64,000 nt of DNA, taken from NCBI GenBank assembly GCA_963762235.1, contig CAVXKH010000006.1:17699-81698 (forward strand). The letters are read 5' to 3'. Below are positions 29,522 through 40,280 of the stretch, in pieces. Each line of letters starts with the position of its first letter. The stretch's first letter is position 1. The notes beneath the pieces were generated by a model. That model made no database searches. It had not been told where the DNA came from and worked only from the letters and a program-made list of their open reading frames with translations. The position numbers and the translations under genes were made by a program. This DNA comes from an uncultured Gammaproteobacteria bacterium (GTDB lineage: Bacteria > Pseudomonadota > Gammaproteobacteria > Pseudomonadales > Halieaceae).

Positions 29522-32232
29522 ATGAAGATTCACCAACTCACAGTCCCCGATGCACTGGCAAGCTTGAAGAGTGGCATCGAGGGGCTGAGCGAGGCGGAGG
29601 CGGCGCGGCGACTTGTGGAGTACGGCACCAATGAAGTCGAGGAGGTCGCGAAACAGTCGTTGCTGCTGACTTTTGCGCGGGAGTTTGTGCATTTCTTTGC
29701 GATAATATTGTGGATCGCGGCGGGCTGGCGTTTTTTGCCGAGTGGCGTGAGCCTGGACAACGTATGGCGACGCTCGGGATCGCGATAGTCGGCGTTAATC
29801 TGATCAATGGTGTGTTTTCTTTCTGGCAGACCTATCGTGCGGAACGCGCGCTGGCAGCGCTCAGGAAGCTGCTGCCGAATGCGACGAAGGTACTGCGCTC
29901 AGGCACGGTGCGGCAGGTGCCGGCAGCCCAGCTTGTGCCGGGCGATGTGATTCTGCTCGAAGCAGGAGACATACTGCCGGCAGATTGTCGGCTGGTGGAG
30001 TCTTTCAGTGTGCGGGTAAATAATGCGACCGTCACCGGAGAGTCCTTGCCGATCTCGCGTGACGCGGATCCGTGTGACGCATCCGACCCCATGCATAGCC
30101 GCAACACTCTCCTCGCCGGCACTTCGCTCGTTTCCGGGGAGGGCAAGGCACTCGTCTTCGCAACCGGTTCGCACTCCGCGTTTGGCAGGATTGCGCAGCT
30201 CACGCAGGCGACTGACGACACCATTTCGCCTCTCCAGATGGAGATTATTCGCGTAAGCCGCATCGTCGCCGGGCTCGCACTCACGCTCGGTGTGATCTTT
30301 TTTTTGATCGGTCAAGCGATCGGGCTGTCGTTTTGGGCGAACTTCATTTTTGCCATCGGCATCATCGTCGCACACGTGCCGGAGGGGCTGCTGCCCGACG
30401 GTGACTCTCGCGCTGAGCATGGGTTCGCAACGCATGGCAAAACGCAACGCGCTGATCCGCCATCTGCCCGCCGTCGAAGCGCTCGGCTGCACCACAGTCA
30501 TTTGCACCGACAAGACCGGCACGCTCACGCAGAACTGCATGTCGGCGAAGAAGCTCTTCATTGCCGGTAAAATGGTTGAAACGATTCCGGAGCAACTCGC
30601 GCCGCTTATCGAACCGCACCGCCGCTTTTTTGAGGTGGCGGCGTGTTGCCACGATTTGAAAGACGCCCGGGGCGGCTCTGGCCAGGATTGGCTCGGCGAT
30701 CCGATGGAGGTGGCGATCGTCGAGCTTGCTGCCAAGGCGCTGCACCGGCTGCCGAACAGCACGCGCGAGAACGAGATACCGTTTGACACGCTACGCAAGC
30801 GGCTCTCGACGGTGCATAGCACGCCGGAGGGCCAGCTGCTCTATTGCAAGGGTGCGCCCGAGGTGGTGCTCCCACTTTGTACGCGCGCGATGATGGATGG
30901 CGGCAGCGTGCCTCTCTCGGACGAGTTGGTCGCCACATTTCGCAGCGCGGCGGAGGGCATGGCTGAGAAAGGGCTGCGCGTTCTCGCCTTCGCTTGGCGC
31001 GAGCTGCCGGAGAGTTTTGAACTGGCGAATGCGGAAGCGGAGATGACCCTCGCCGGACTCATCGGTCTCGAGGATCCTCCCCGTCCGGAAGTCGCCGACG
31101 CACTTCAGAAATGCCGGGAGGCTGGCATCAAGGTAATTATGGTCACCGGCGATCATCCGCACACAGCGACGGCGATCGCCCGGGAAATCGGATTGGTGCG
31201 CTCTGCCGCGCCTGTCGTGATCACCGGCGAGCAACTCGGCCGTATTTCCGACATCCAACTTCAACTCGCACTCGATGCGCCGGAGATTGTATTTGCCCGA
31301 GTGCTCGCGGAGCAAAAGATGCGCATTGTCGTCGCGCTAAAAAATAAGCGCGAGATCGTGGCCGTGACCGGCGATGGCGTGAACGACGCCCCGGCGTTGC
31401 GCAAAGCGGATATTGGCATCGCCATGGGCCGAAGCGGCACCGACGTGGCGCGCGAGGCCGCCGATATGGTGCTGCTCGACGACAATTTTGCGCAGCATCG
31501 TCGCCGCGATCGAGGAAGGTCGCGCCGTCTTTGCGAACATCCGCAAGTTTCCTTACTTACATCCTCACCTCGAATATTGCCGGAGCTCATTCCGTATCTT
31601 GCGTTTGTGGTCTTGCGCATTCCGTTGCCGCTCACAATCATTCAAATCCTTGCCGTCGATCTCGGCACCGACATGCTGCCCGCGCTTGGCCTTGGCGCGG
31701 AAAAGCCGGCTCCGGACATCATGAAGGCTCCGCCGCGCGCGCGCACCGATCGGCTGCTGAACTGGCCGCTCCTCGCCCGCGCCTATCTCTTCCTCGGGCT
31801 GATGCAGGCTACGGCTGCAATGAGCGCGTATTGGTTCGTCGCTGCGCTCCGGCGGCTGGCACTTCGGCGAGATCCTGGCCGCACACGATCCGCTCTATCT
31901 GCAAGCCACGACCGCTTGCCTCAGCGCCATTGTCGTCATGCAGATCGTGAATGTCTTTCTCTGCCGCAGCGACCGCCGGTCGGTCTTCGCGACAGGATTT
32001 TTCGGTAACAATCTTATTTTCGCTGGCATTATTACGGAGTTAGTACTGATCCTCTTGATAGTGTATACGCCATGGGGCAATGCCATTTTTGGAACAGCGC
32101 CCGATTCCAGTGACTATCTGGCTGTTTATTCTACCCTTCGCACTCGCCATGCTGGTGCTTGAAGAATTGCGAAAATGGTTTGTGCGCGCCCGGTCCAATG
32201 GCGTGGCAAAGGCGCTCTCCGCAAACCTGTAG
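29522..32232 (+). pseudogene. P-type (type II, Ca2+/cation-like) ATPase broken by 7 single-base indels
   Basis: Reassembled across three frames: [115 protein letters not shown]. Breaks are at ~29725 (-1) and at ~30393, ~31488, ~31548, ~31578, ~31838 and ~32103 (all +1). The restored stop is TAG 32230-32232. Confidence 0.85.
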
Positions 32233-32579
32233 GAAGTATTTTGGCGGGTCGCTGCCTTGTCCTAAGCATGCCAGGAGCGTACCTCGATCATGGTTTTGAG
32301 GACGCAGCGGTCTATGGCGATGGGTTGAATTAGCTGAAACGGGGGTTTATGCTTCCCATGCTTAGATGCAGGTACGGGTGAGCGGGGACGCTGGAGCATT
32401 CGCTGTAGTTGGTAGAATGCTTCTATAGTGACCTACGGCCTGTTTTCCGGAAGAAAATGAATAAAAACATGTTGCAAAGACAGGGCAACCGAGGGGAGAT
32501 AATTTGAAAGTCAGGAGCGGCCCGCAACTACAGCACAAATGCCGGCACGCCTTCCCCGAGCGAAAATGTTACCTATTCC

Positions 32580-35500
32580 ATGACAAGTTCTGACGAAGAA
32601 TGGAACCCCTTTCCCTCGCCTAGCAAAGGATATTTATTTCTGCCATTGAGTGCGGGGAGCGAGCTCCAGACGGTGGATCCTAAGCAGGCGGCACTGGGCT
32701 GGCTAATGGCTTTCTGGCTGGCAGCAACCTCGGTGTGGGTTGCTGCTGTGCATGACGCGCCATTTTTCCTGGCTGGCGCGCTGCTACTGAATCTGGCAGC
32801 CTTTGCGCTGCTACACTGGATGCTGCTGCGTACGCTGCCATCGCTGGCAGATGCTTTTCACCTGTCGTTTATATTCCTGTTTTTAAACCTGCGAGTCGAT
32901 GCGACGCTGCCGATCTGGAGTGCTCCGCTCGATCTGCAGGGCGTATTCACGTTCAGTCGTGTTGGGGCCACGTTACTGTTGCTTCTCTTCTTTGGTGTGC
33001 ACATCGGCTCCTTGGCGGTACGCGGGCGTGGACTCCATACACGCGAAGTAGTCGCACTGGTATTGGCCCCCTGCCTGTTCAATTGGCTCCTGCTGCTGGT
33101 GTCACCGGTATTGCCGGCGCAGTCACTACTGTTGCGCGTATTGGTGGTACTGATATTTAACATGACAGTCGTGCAGCTACTGGCATCCCTTACAAGGCAG
33201 GCGTTCGCCCTGCATTTGTCCATGCTGCTCATGTTGGCGGGTGTATCGGCACTGGTGGCATTGAGCCCTGCGCTGGCTAATATTCCCTGGCGATTAAGCG
33301 CAGCACTGTCTACGCCGTTGCTGCATGTTGCAGCTGTAATTGTGACATCGGTATTATCACAGGCGGCGCTATGGGCGCAAACCTATCTGGTCACTGGCTT
33401 CTTGATGGATGCACTGGAGGGACGCCCGCCCACTCTGGAGCGGGCGAAGGGCCACTGGCAGCAGGGTGCTTATAAGGGCGCTATTTATGGCGGCGTGTTT
33501 ATGTCGCTTATACATACCCTGGCCGGCGCTTATCACCATCTCGCCGGGTTGATAGTGGCCTATCCTTACGTCGGTGGCGCCCTGTCAGGTGCAGTGCTGT
33601 TTCCACTGGTCAAAACCATTGTAGAAAGTTTTGACGGCAGCGCACCATTCGTGACACGACTGTTGGGCAGTTTGCGCGATCCGGTCAATTATTTCCGGGG
33701 AGTGGTAGTGGGAGTCGGTGTCGTACTGGCGCTGCGATTGGGCTTGCCGGGACAGGACTCTTGGCAGAGGTCCGCGTTTGGCTTTGCACTGGGTGCTCTG
33801 GTTTATGCGGGAGTGTACCTGATACGCGACTGGTGGCGCATTGGATGGCGACGGAGGCAGTATCTGCAGAGCTGGAAAGTTTACCTCGTGCAGTTGCTGT
33901 TGGGAGGTGTCACCGGCGCCGCCCTTACCTGGTACGGAGAGTCCAGTCAGTTGCAGGTGATTCTGCAGAAATTCGCGCGCTACTCGACGCTTGCTGTGGA
34001 GACGCCGGAACCCCACATCATTTTTCCGCTGTTCAGTAAGTGGGGTATGCTCAATCTTGGCCTGGAGACCAGCGGTGGGCGCCTGCTTTTCAATGAGTCA
34101 CTATCCGGCGTGATTGGCTGGTCGCTGGCCGCACCCCTGTTCAGTCTCAACATGGTGTTCCTGACAGCGCTGCTCAAACGCAGTACGCGCCCGATAAGCG
34201 AGTTCGCCACCACCGACGGATTAAAGAAAGTCATCGTCCAGGCGCTATTTGTTGAGCGATGGGGCTTGTGGATGGCACCGGTTATTTATTCATTCCTGCG
34301 CATGGCTCCCGACCCGCACTGGTACAACCAGGATGGGGCTATACGCACTGTGGTAGCCACGGGAATGTCACTGGCGCTGGATGACGGCGTGTTTCGAGCC
34401 TGGAGCATCAATTTCTTTGTCAGTCTGCTGGCATTCGATTGGCTGCGTATCCTGATCTGGTTTGACCATATGGGACTGCGTGTTGCTACGCTGGTTAATT
34501 TATCTTTCATCGGCGGCGACATGCTCGATGAAAAAGTCGCACGCGCTGTCGGTTATCCTGCGACCGCTCGCTACATTCCGGAGGGGCTGCGTCGTTTTGG
34601 TACTTGGATGCCACTGCTTTTACCCTTTTACATTCCGCGAGGGCAGGATTGGGTTATCGCCTGGAACACGGCGGAACAGATTTCGCAACAGGCGCAGGCG
34701 CAATCGGCCAGTACGCTGATATGCGCAGGTTTTGCAATGGTCGGCCTACTGCTGGCCGTGTGGCGGTTGCGTAGGGGCAGCGCGACCATCGGCGGTGCCA
34801 ATGGCTGGACTACCGAGGTCTTCCGCCTGGGAAACGACCGCTATGTTTTGGCACTGGACAAGCAGGGACGCGGTTTCAGCGAGGCGCGGCGCGATGACGG
34901 CAAGGGAGGGTTCGTAGATCTGACGCAACGTCCGGTCGCGCCGCATTCCCCGATAGGCAAGACTTTCTACCTGTTGGACAGCGGCCCGGGCGACCCACCG
35001 CAGGTCTGGTCGCTCCATGCCTCACCAAGACCAGCACCGAATGCGCTCTATGCAGCACAGATGTCACCTGAGGGCCGGTTGAGCTACTCCTGCCACTATG
35101 CGGATTTGCACGCTGAGGCGTCGGTCAGCGTGGACCACAGCGATCCACTGGAGCGCTGGGATATTACCCTGTCTAATAGTGGCGACGAGGAGCGGCTGGT
35201 GCAGCTAGTCAGCTTCCGCGACCTGGTGCTTAACGGCGCAGGCATGGCAACACGTCAGCCGAGCTATAACGATCTGCATATCAGTTCCGGGTTTGTGCCG
35301 GCGTTGCAGGCGCTGTTTGCCATAAATGGACTGCTTGGCGTTTCCGATTCGGTATCAGCGGGCGAGGTGTATTTTCATGCGCTTGCGACACTGCCCGCAG
35401 GTGCTCGATTGCTCGGCTTCCAGGACAGCCGCGCCGCTATCGTTGGCGCGGGCTCAAGGCAGCACCCGTCCGGCCTGTTCCGGAATCAGCCGTTGCTGCA

Positions 35501-38060
35501 GGAGGAGGGTGAAGTGCACCGCTTTGATCCTTGCGCCAGTCTGGGTGTTGAAGTGCGACTGGCGCCCGGTGCCAGAATTTCTGTGACCTTTGTGGAGGGC
35601 TGGGCAGCCAGCCATGCAGCGGCCATGCAGCTGTTGCATCGCCACCTGGAGACACCGTTGCTGACATTGCAACAACTGCAGCAGTCGCTGGGGCAGTTAC
35701 GACGCTCGCGGCCTGAATTGCCAGATCCGGATGACCACCGCATGCCCTGGCATTTCAGTGCCGAAGAGCCGTGTGTGCAGATGAACACCAACACCCCCCG
35801 TCCCTGGTTCCATGCGCTGGCGAATGCGCGGGGTTACGGCGCGTTCGCCAGCAACCAGGGCGCCGTTTACTCTTTCTGCGGTAACTCCCAGCAGAACGCC
35901 ATTACCCCATTCAGCCCGGCTCTTGACTCCGCCACCCAGCCCGGGCAGGCGTGGTATTTCTGGGATATGGATAGCGACGAGCCTTTGCTGCGCTTGCCAT
36001 TGACTCTGGGTGATAGCGTTGTCCCCGACGGCGATGGGGAGCTCGAGTCTGAATTTCGTCCAGGCAGCGTGCGATATAGCGCCAGGCGCGCCGCTTTCGC
36101 GTTGGAAATGGATGTATTCACTTTGCCTGACCAGCCTGCTGAGGGCCGCTTGCTTACCCTGCGTAACGAAGGTAAACAGACGCTGCGGCTGCGGGTGAGC
36201 GCGTGTCTGCTACTGGTGCTGGCGGAGCTTCCCGAGGACAGTCGCGGCAGTCTCGAGGTGCATTGGGATGCTGCACAGAACGCGTTTTTCGCTGAAAACC
36301 CGTCCCAACAGTTCTGTCGTGGTCCGGCCTTTATTGCTACTACCTTCCAGCCGGAAGCAGTGGAAACCTTGTATAGCCACTTCATTGGCGAGGGCGGCAG
36401 CATTGAGATACCCGATATGGCTCGCAGCGGTATGCCTGATGCTGCTGCTCCAGATACGGGCTATCGGGTGGCGGCATTCACTCAGGTGGTGATGATTCCG
36501 CCCGGGCAATCCGTGCAACTGGGATTGGTTCTGGGGCAGGCGCCATCAATGCAGGACGCCACAACGATCATTCGTCAGTTGCGCAGTCCTGCTGCGCTGC
36601 ACCGGGCCTTGCTGGATAGTGCTGCATGGTGGCAGCAATTTCTGTCGGATCTGCGGGTGAAAACCGCCGACGCCGACTTTGATCGTCTGGTGAATGACTG
36701 GCTTCCGTATCAATTGGTAACAGCGCGACTGTGGGGTCGCGGCGGCCCGTTCCAGCGCGGTGGCGCTTACGGTTACCGCGACCACCTGCAGGATGTGATG
36801 CCGCTGGCTGCGACCCATCCTGATATCTGTCGCCAGCAAATCCTGCTGCATGGCGCGCAACAGTTCCTGGAGGGAGATGTGCTGCAGTGGTGGCACCCGA
36901 CCTGGAATGGCGAGACTGGAATTGGCGCGCGCAACCAGACATCCGACATCATGCTGTGGTTGCCCTACCTGACATTGCACTACTGCAAGGTGAGCGGTGA
37001 CGACACTATCTGGAACGAAATTCTGCATTTCCTTGAAGGCAGGCCAATTCCCGCGGGAATGGAGGGTATTGTTGCTGTCCCGCTGCGATCTCGCGAAAAG
37101 GCTTCCTTGTATGCGCATTGTCGTCTGGCTATTGACCGCGTGCTCTCACACTTTGGGAAACATGGACTGCCGCTTATCGGCTCGGGAGACTGGAATGACG
37201 CACTGGATGCGATGGGCCGCAAGGGCAGGGGCGAGAGCGTGTGGTTGGGCTTTTTCCTGTATGGGGTGCTGCGGGATTTTGTACCGGTGGTTACAGCAAG
37301 GGAAGGTCCTGAGGCCGGGACTGTGCTGCTTGATCGAGCGCAGCAACTCAAAACAGCACTGGACCAACAATGGCGTGAACAGCGTTACGTGCGCGCCATT
37401 ACCGATAGCGGTGAGGAACTGGTATTTGATGATGCGTTGATGTCATCCTGGCCAATTCTGAGTGGAGTCGCGGATGCCGTCCACGGAGAGGAAGCCCTCA
37501 GGCATGGCCTGAGCGCACTGGAGCGTGACGCCATGATCCTGTTGTTAACTCCGGCGTTTGACAGGTTTTCCAGGCCCTATCCCGGTCGTATCGCGCAGTA
37601 CCCACCCGGTGTACGGGAGAACGGAGCCCAGTATTCCCATGGCAGCTCCTGGCTGGTGGACGCCGCCCTGCAGCTGGCTGGAATACTGCAAGAACAGGGC
37701 GATAGCAGCGCCGCAAAAGAATGGCGCGACCGTGCCGGAGTGATCTGGCACAAGATTTCGCCCCTCACTCACACAGCGCCACAGCGATGGCTCAACTATG
37801 GGTTAGAGCCACACCAGCAAGCGGCAGATGTATATTCCGGCCACGGTTATGAAGGTCGTGGCGGCTGGAGCTGGTACACCGGTTCAGCGGCCCGCATGCT
37901 GACGGCTGCGCGGGGTTTGCTGGGGCTGGAATTTCGCGACGGTCAGTTGCACATCGCTGAATGGGCAAAAAATGGCGATGTATGGCCGCATCTGCAGACA
38001 GTGGCATGGCGTGGCGAGTTGATCAAAATCACTGCGCCGGCAAAAACTCAAAGCGAGTGA
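32580..38060 (+). CDS. 1826-aa inner-membrane protein: ~740-aa polytopic domain of unknown family fused to a GH94-type glycan phosphorylase (Cgs/NdvB C-terminal-like or beta-1,2-oligoglucan-phosphorylase-like)
   Basis: Intact ORF. Residues ~35-735 are almost all hydrophobic helices (about 16-18 candidates). The C-terminal ~1080 aa carry GGAYGYRDHLQDVMPL, GSGDWNDALD and GAQYSHGSSWLVDA in GH94 order. Confidence 0.7.
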   Translation: MTSSDEEWNPFPSPSKGYLFLPLSAGSELQTVDPKQAALGWLMAFWLAATSVWVAAVHDAPFFLAGALLLNLAAFALLHWMLLRTLPSLADAFHLSFIFLFLNLRVDATLPIWSAPLDLQGVFTFSRVGATLLLLLFFGVHIGSLAVRGRGLHTREVVALVLAPCLFNWLLLLVSPVLPAQSLLLRVLVVLIFNMTVVQLLASLTRQAFALHLSMLLMLAGVSALVALSPALANIPWRLSAALSTPLLHVAAVIVTSVLSQAALWAQTYLVTGFLMDALEGRPPTLERAKGHWQQGAYKGAIYGGVFMSLIHTLAGAYHHLAGLIVAYPYVGGALSGAVLFPLVKTIVESFDGSAPFVTRLLGSLRDPVNYFRGVVVGVGVVLALRLGLPGQDSWQRSAFGFALGALVYAGVYLIRDWWRIGWRRRQYLQSWKVYLVQLLLGGVTGAALTWYGESSQLQVILQKFARYSTLAVETPEPHIIFPLFSKWGMLNLGLETSGGRLLFNESLSGVIGWSLAAPLFSLNMVFLTALLKRSTRPISEFATTDGLKKVIVQALFVERWGLWMAPVIYSFLRMAPDPHWYNQDGAIRTVVATGMSLALDDGVFRAWSINFFVSLLAFDWLRILIWFDHMGLRVATLVNLSFIGGDMLDEKVARAVGYPATARYIPEGLRRFGTWMPLLLPFYIPRGQDWVIAWNTAEQISQQAQAQSASTLICAGFAMVGLLLAVWRLRRGSATIGGANGWTTEVFRLGNDRYVLALDKQGRGFSEARRDDGKGGFVDLTQRPVAPHSPIGKTFYLLDSGPGDPPQVWSLHASPRPAPNALYAAQMSPEGRLSYSCHYADLHAEASVSVDHSDPLERWDITLSNSGDEERLVQLVSFRDLVLNGAGMATRQPSYNDLHISSGFVPALQALFAINGLLGVSDSVSAGEVYFHALATLPAGARLLGFQDSRAAIVGAGSRQHPSGLFRNQPLLQEEGEVHRFDPCASLGVEVRLAPGARISVTFVEGWAASHAAAMQLLHRHLETPLLTLQQLQQSLGQLRRSRPELPDPDDHRMPWHFSAEEPCVQMNTNTPRPWFHALANARGYGAFASNQGAVYSFCGNSQQNAITPFSPALDSATQPGQAWYFWDMDSDEPLLRLPLTLGDSVVPDGDGELESEFRPGSVRYSARRAAFALEMDVFTLPDQPAEGRLLTLRNEGKQTLRLRVSACLLLVLAELPEDSRGSLEVHWDAAQNAFFAENPSQQFCRGPAFIATTFQPEAVETLYSHFIGEGGSIEIPDMARSGMPDAAAPDTGYRVAAFTQVVMIPPGQSVQLGLVLGQAPSMQDATTIIRQLRSPAALHRALLDSAAWWQQFLSDLRVKTADADFDRLVNDWLPYQLVTARLWGRGGPFQRGGAYGYRDHLQDVMPLAATHPDICRQQILLHGAQQFLEGDVLQWWHPTWNGETGIGARNQTSDIMLWLPYLTLHYCKVSGDDTIWNEILHFLEGRPIPAGMEGIVAVPLRSREKASLYAHCRLAIDRVLSHFGKHGLPLIGSGDWNDALDAMGRKGRGESVWLGFFLYGVLRDFVPVVTAREGPEAGTVLLDRAQQLKTALDQQWREQRYVRAITDSGEELVFDDALMSSWPILSGVADAVHGEEALRHGLSALERDAMILLLTPAFDRFSRPYPGRIAQYPPGVRENGAQYSHGSSWLVDAALQLAGILQEQGDSSAAKEWRDRAGVIWHKISPLTHTAPQRWLNYGLEPHQQAADVYSGHGYEGRGGWSWYTGSAARMLTAARGLLGLEFRDGQLHIAEWAKNGDVWPHLQTVAWRGELIKITAPAKTQSE

Positions 38061-40085
38061 TGGTGAGATCCACTGGCAGCGGGACACGTTCGTCCCCGAA
38101 ACGAATGACCAGTTCCTTGACCCGATTCAGTCCCGGCGTTTCAGGCATTGGAATGCGGATATCCTTTTCAGTTTCTGCGACGCCAAATCGGGTAAAAATC
38201 TGGTTTTGAAATACGCCCTCGCCGTCAGCCAGAGTCATCACGGCATCAAGGGGTTTGGCTGCCCTGTAGTGGATCACCAGCGCACCGTTCGATAAATCAA
38301 CGCCCCCTTCCAGTGGCAATTTTACGGTAATCGCGCCGTTGCGCACCGCGTTGGCGCTGATTCGTATGCCATGTTCCCCGCGCAACACATCCAGTGGATC
38401 GCTGGTTGGGCTCCATGGAATCCACTGTACGCTGTCGTCCAGGAAATCAAATGCCGCGACCTTGTCGCCGCGACCGCCGGATGGCGAACTGATTTCCTTC
38501 CATGCAAGGTAGCGCTGCATATTTTGCTCGGCGGAGCCGATGCCACCTAGAATCAGCGCCAGTGTGTGCGCCGTGGTCTGAAACTCTATCGCCTTGTCCT
38601 GGGTTGTGTTGTAGCCCTCCCATGGGCCGTGATCGGTGAACAGTCCCTCAATCTGTTTTTGGTTTTCCCCAAGAAACGTTTCAATACTTTCTGGCGCTAT
38701 CGAATAGGCTGTCCCCAGCATATAGAGTGACGGTGCATCGGTGATGCGTGGCTTATTGACCACGGCGACCTCCGGAATTCCGATCTCACCGGTGTATTGA
38801 ACGCCGTTGCCGCTGTACGCCTCGCTCAGGAAGCCGGGCAGTTTGTGCCGGGTTGAATAATCGAGTTCGATATCGACCGAGTTCTCCAGATTCTCACGCC
38901 AGCCCGGCGCGGCCAGTTCCTCGCATAAAAAGTGAAAGACCCAGCGACTCAAAGGCCGAGCCATTCCACGTCGCCAGTGTATAAACATCGCGACCGTCTG
39001 CCATGCGGTACGGCTTGATCTTGAAACCACTGTTTCTGATGGCATCCGTCGGCAGGCCGAAACGCTGCACGACAAACATCAGCGGGACCGCGGAACTCGT
39101 TCACAAAATAGTCCATGTGTCCGACGATCCATTTGCCTTTACTGTCTTCCCATCCGGTGAAGCGGTCATGCGTGGCATTCCAGCCAAAGAAAAACAAGCC
39201 TGATTCTTTATCGTAGAGTTTGCGGTAGCCCTCTTCTTGCCTGGCAATAAACTGCTCCAGCTTGTCGCGCAGGCTTACAGTCGCTGGATCATCCGCAATT
39301 GAAGGGTGTAGTAGTGCACCGATTGCCTTGGCTGCGGATGCTGTCAGATTGGCGTTGTCGCCGAAAATAATCTGCACAACTCGCGTGTCCAGTACAGCCA
39401 TGATTTTCGTGCGGGTGTTGCTCTCGGCAAACGGCGCCAGTTCTGCGGTGAAAAAACCGTCGCCATACTCGCCCTTGCGCGGAATCTTGGCAAAAGAACC
39501 ATCCTGTAGCGGAATGATCCACCCGCGGGCAGTGAGCGCAGTCCAAATTTGATTTGCCTGCTGTTCGCCGAATACATCGACGAACTTTTTCTTCTGTACT
39601 TCCTCGCTCAGTGGCCCGACGCGTCCAGTGGCATCAAAGCCGAGAAAATTTCCGAGGAGACCGCTGGCGCCCAATTTCGGATCGTTTTGGTCAGCGAGCA
39701 GACTCGACAGCATCAGCTCGAGCTGGCCCAGCGCCTGAGCACGTGAAATATAGGGATTCTGCGCATACCCTGCAGCGATATTGGCCAGAAGTTCAAGGCG
39801 CTCGCCGATGGCGGTGAGTTGCGTGAAGGAGCGCAGATAGAGTCCACGCTGCGGCTCCTGATTCCAGCCTTCGACCGGGTAACCGGAAACCGGATCGACC
39901 AGAGCCTGCTCCGGTTTTAGATAGCCCATCGCATTGATCAGCAAGCGTTGCATATTTTCGTGGTGGGGATTAACCAGCGGAAAATTGAATCCGGCAGAAG
40001 ACACATGCACCTCGGGGGGCAGGGCTTGAACACTTCCTGCGACAAATAGAATCGTGAGTGCCAGGGCTGAAAATGTTTTTCTCAT
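38029..40085 (-). CDS. Secreted six-hairpin (alpha/alpha)6 glucanase-like protein (PF10091/DUF3131-like, from memory) with a C-terminal beta-sandwich domain; two +1 frame breaks (~39075 and ~38920)
   Basis: Signal peptide MRKTFSALALTILFVAGSVQA from ATG 40085. Three frame pieces join as ...GHMDYFVNEFRGP|LMFVVQRFGLPTD...TWNGSAFESLGLSLFM|EELAAPGWRENLE...GFLSEAYSGNG.... The 3' end overlaps the convergent GH94 gene by 32 bp. Confidence 0.5.
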
Positions 40086-40250
40086 CGCATATCGCTCAAC
40101 TATGGCCATGGCAGAGCACTGATGAGTTAACCGAACATTGACTGAATAGTCTGAATGTAGCTTACTTTTCGTGCTCCCAGTTTGCCATAGAATGCGACCG
40201 ATGCGTCAATTTGGTGCTTATTCGGCGCCATCGAGTGCCGCCAGAACAAA

Positions 40251-40280
40251 TAAAAAAGGGCTGCATCACTGCAACCCTTT
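40251..40280 (-). terminator. Rho-independent terminator after tRNA-Asn
   Basis: On the minus strand, GGGTTGCA-gtga-TGCAGCCC followed by TTTTTTATTT. Confidence 0.7.

Noticed and set aside
29899-30822. 307-aa minus-strand ORF (and several 100-170-aa ORFs) within the ATPase region
   Set aside because: It is antisense to clearly recognisable P-type ATPase motifs. GC-rich DNA generates long stop-free antisense frames.
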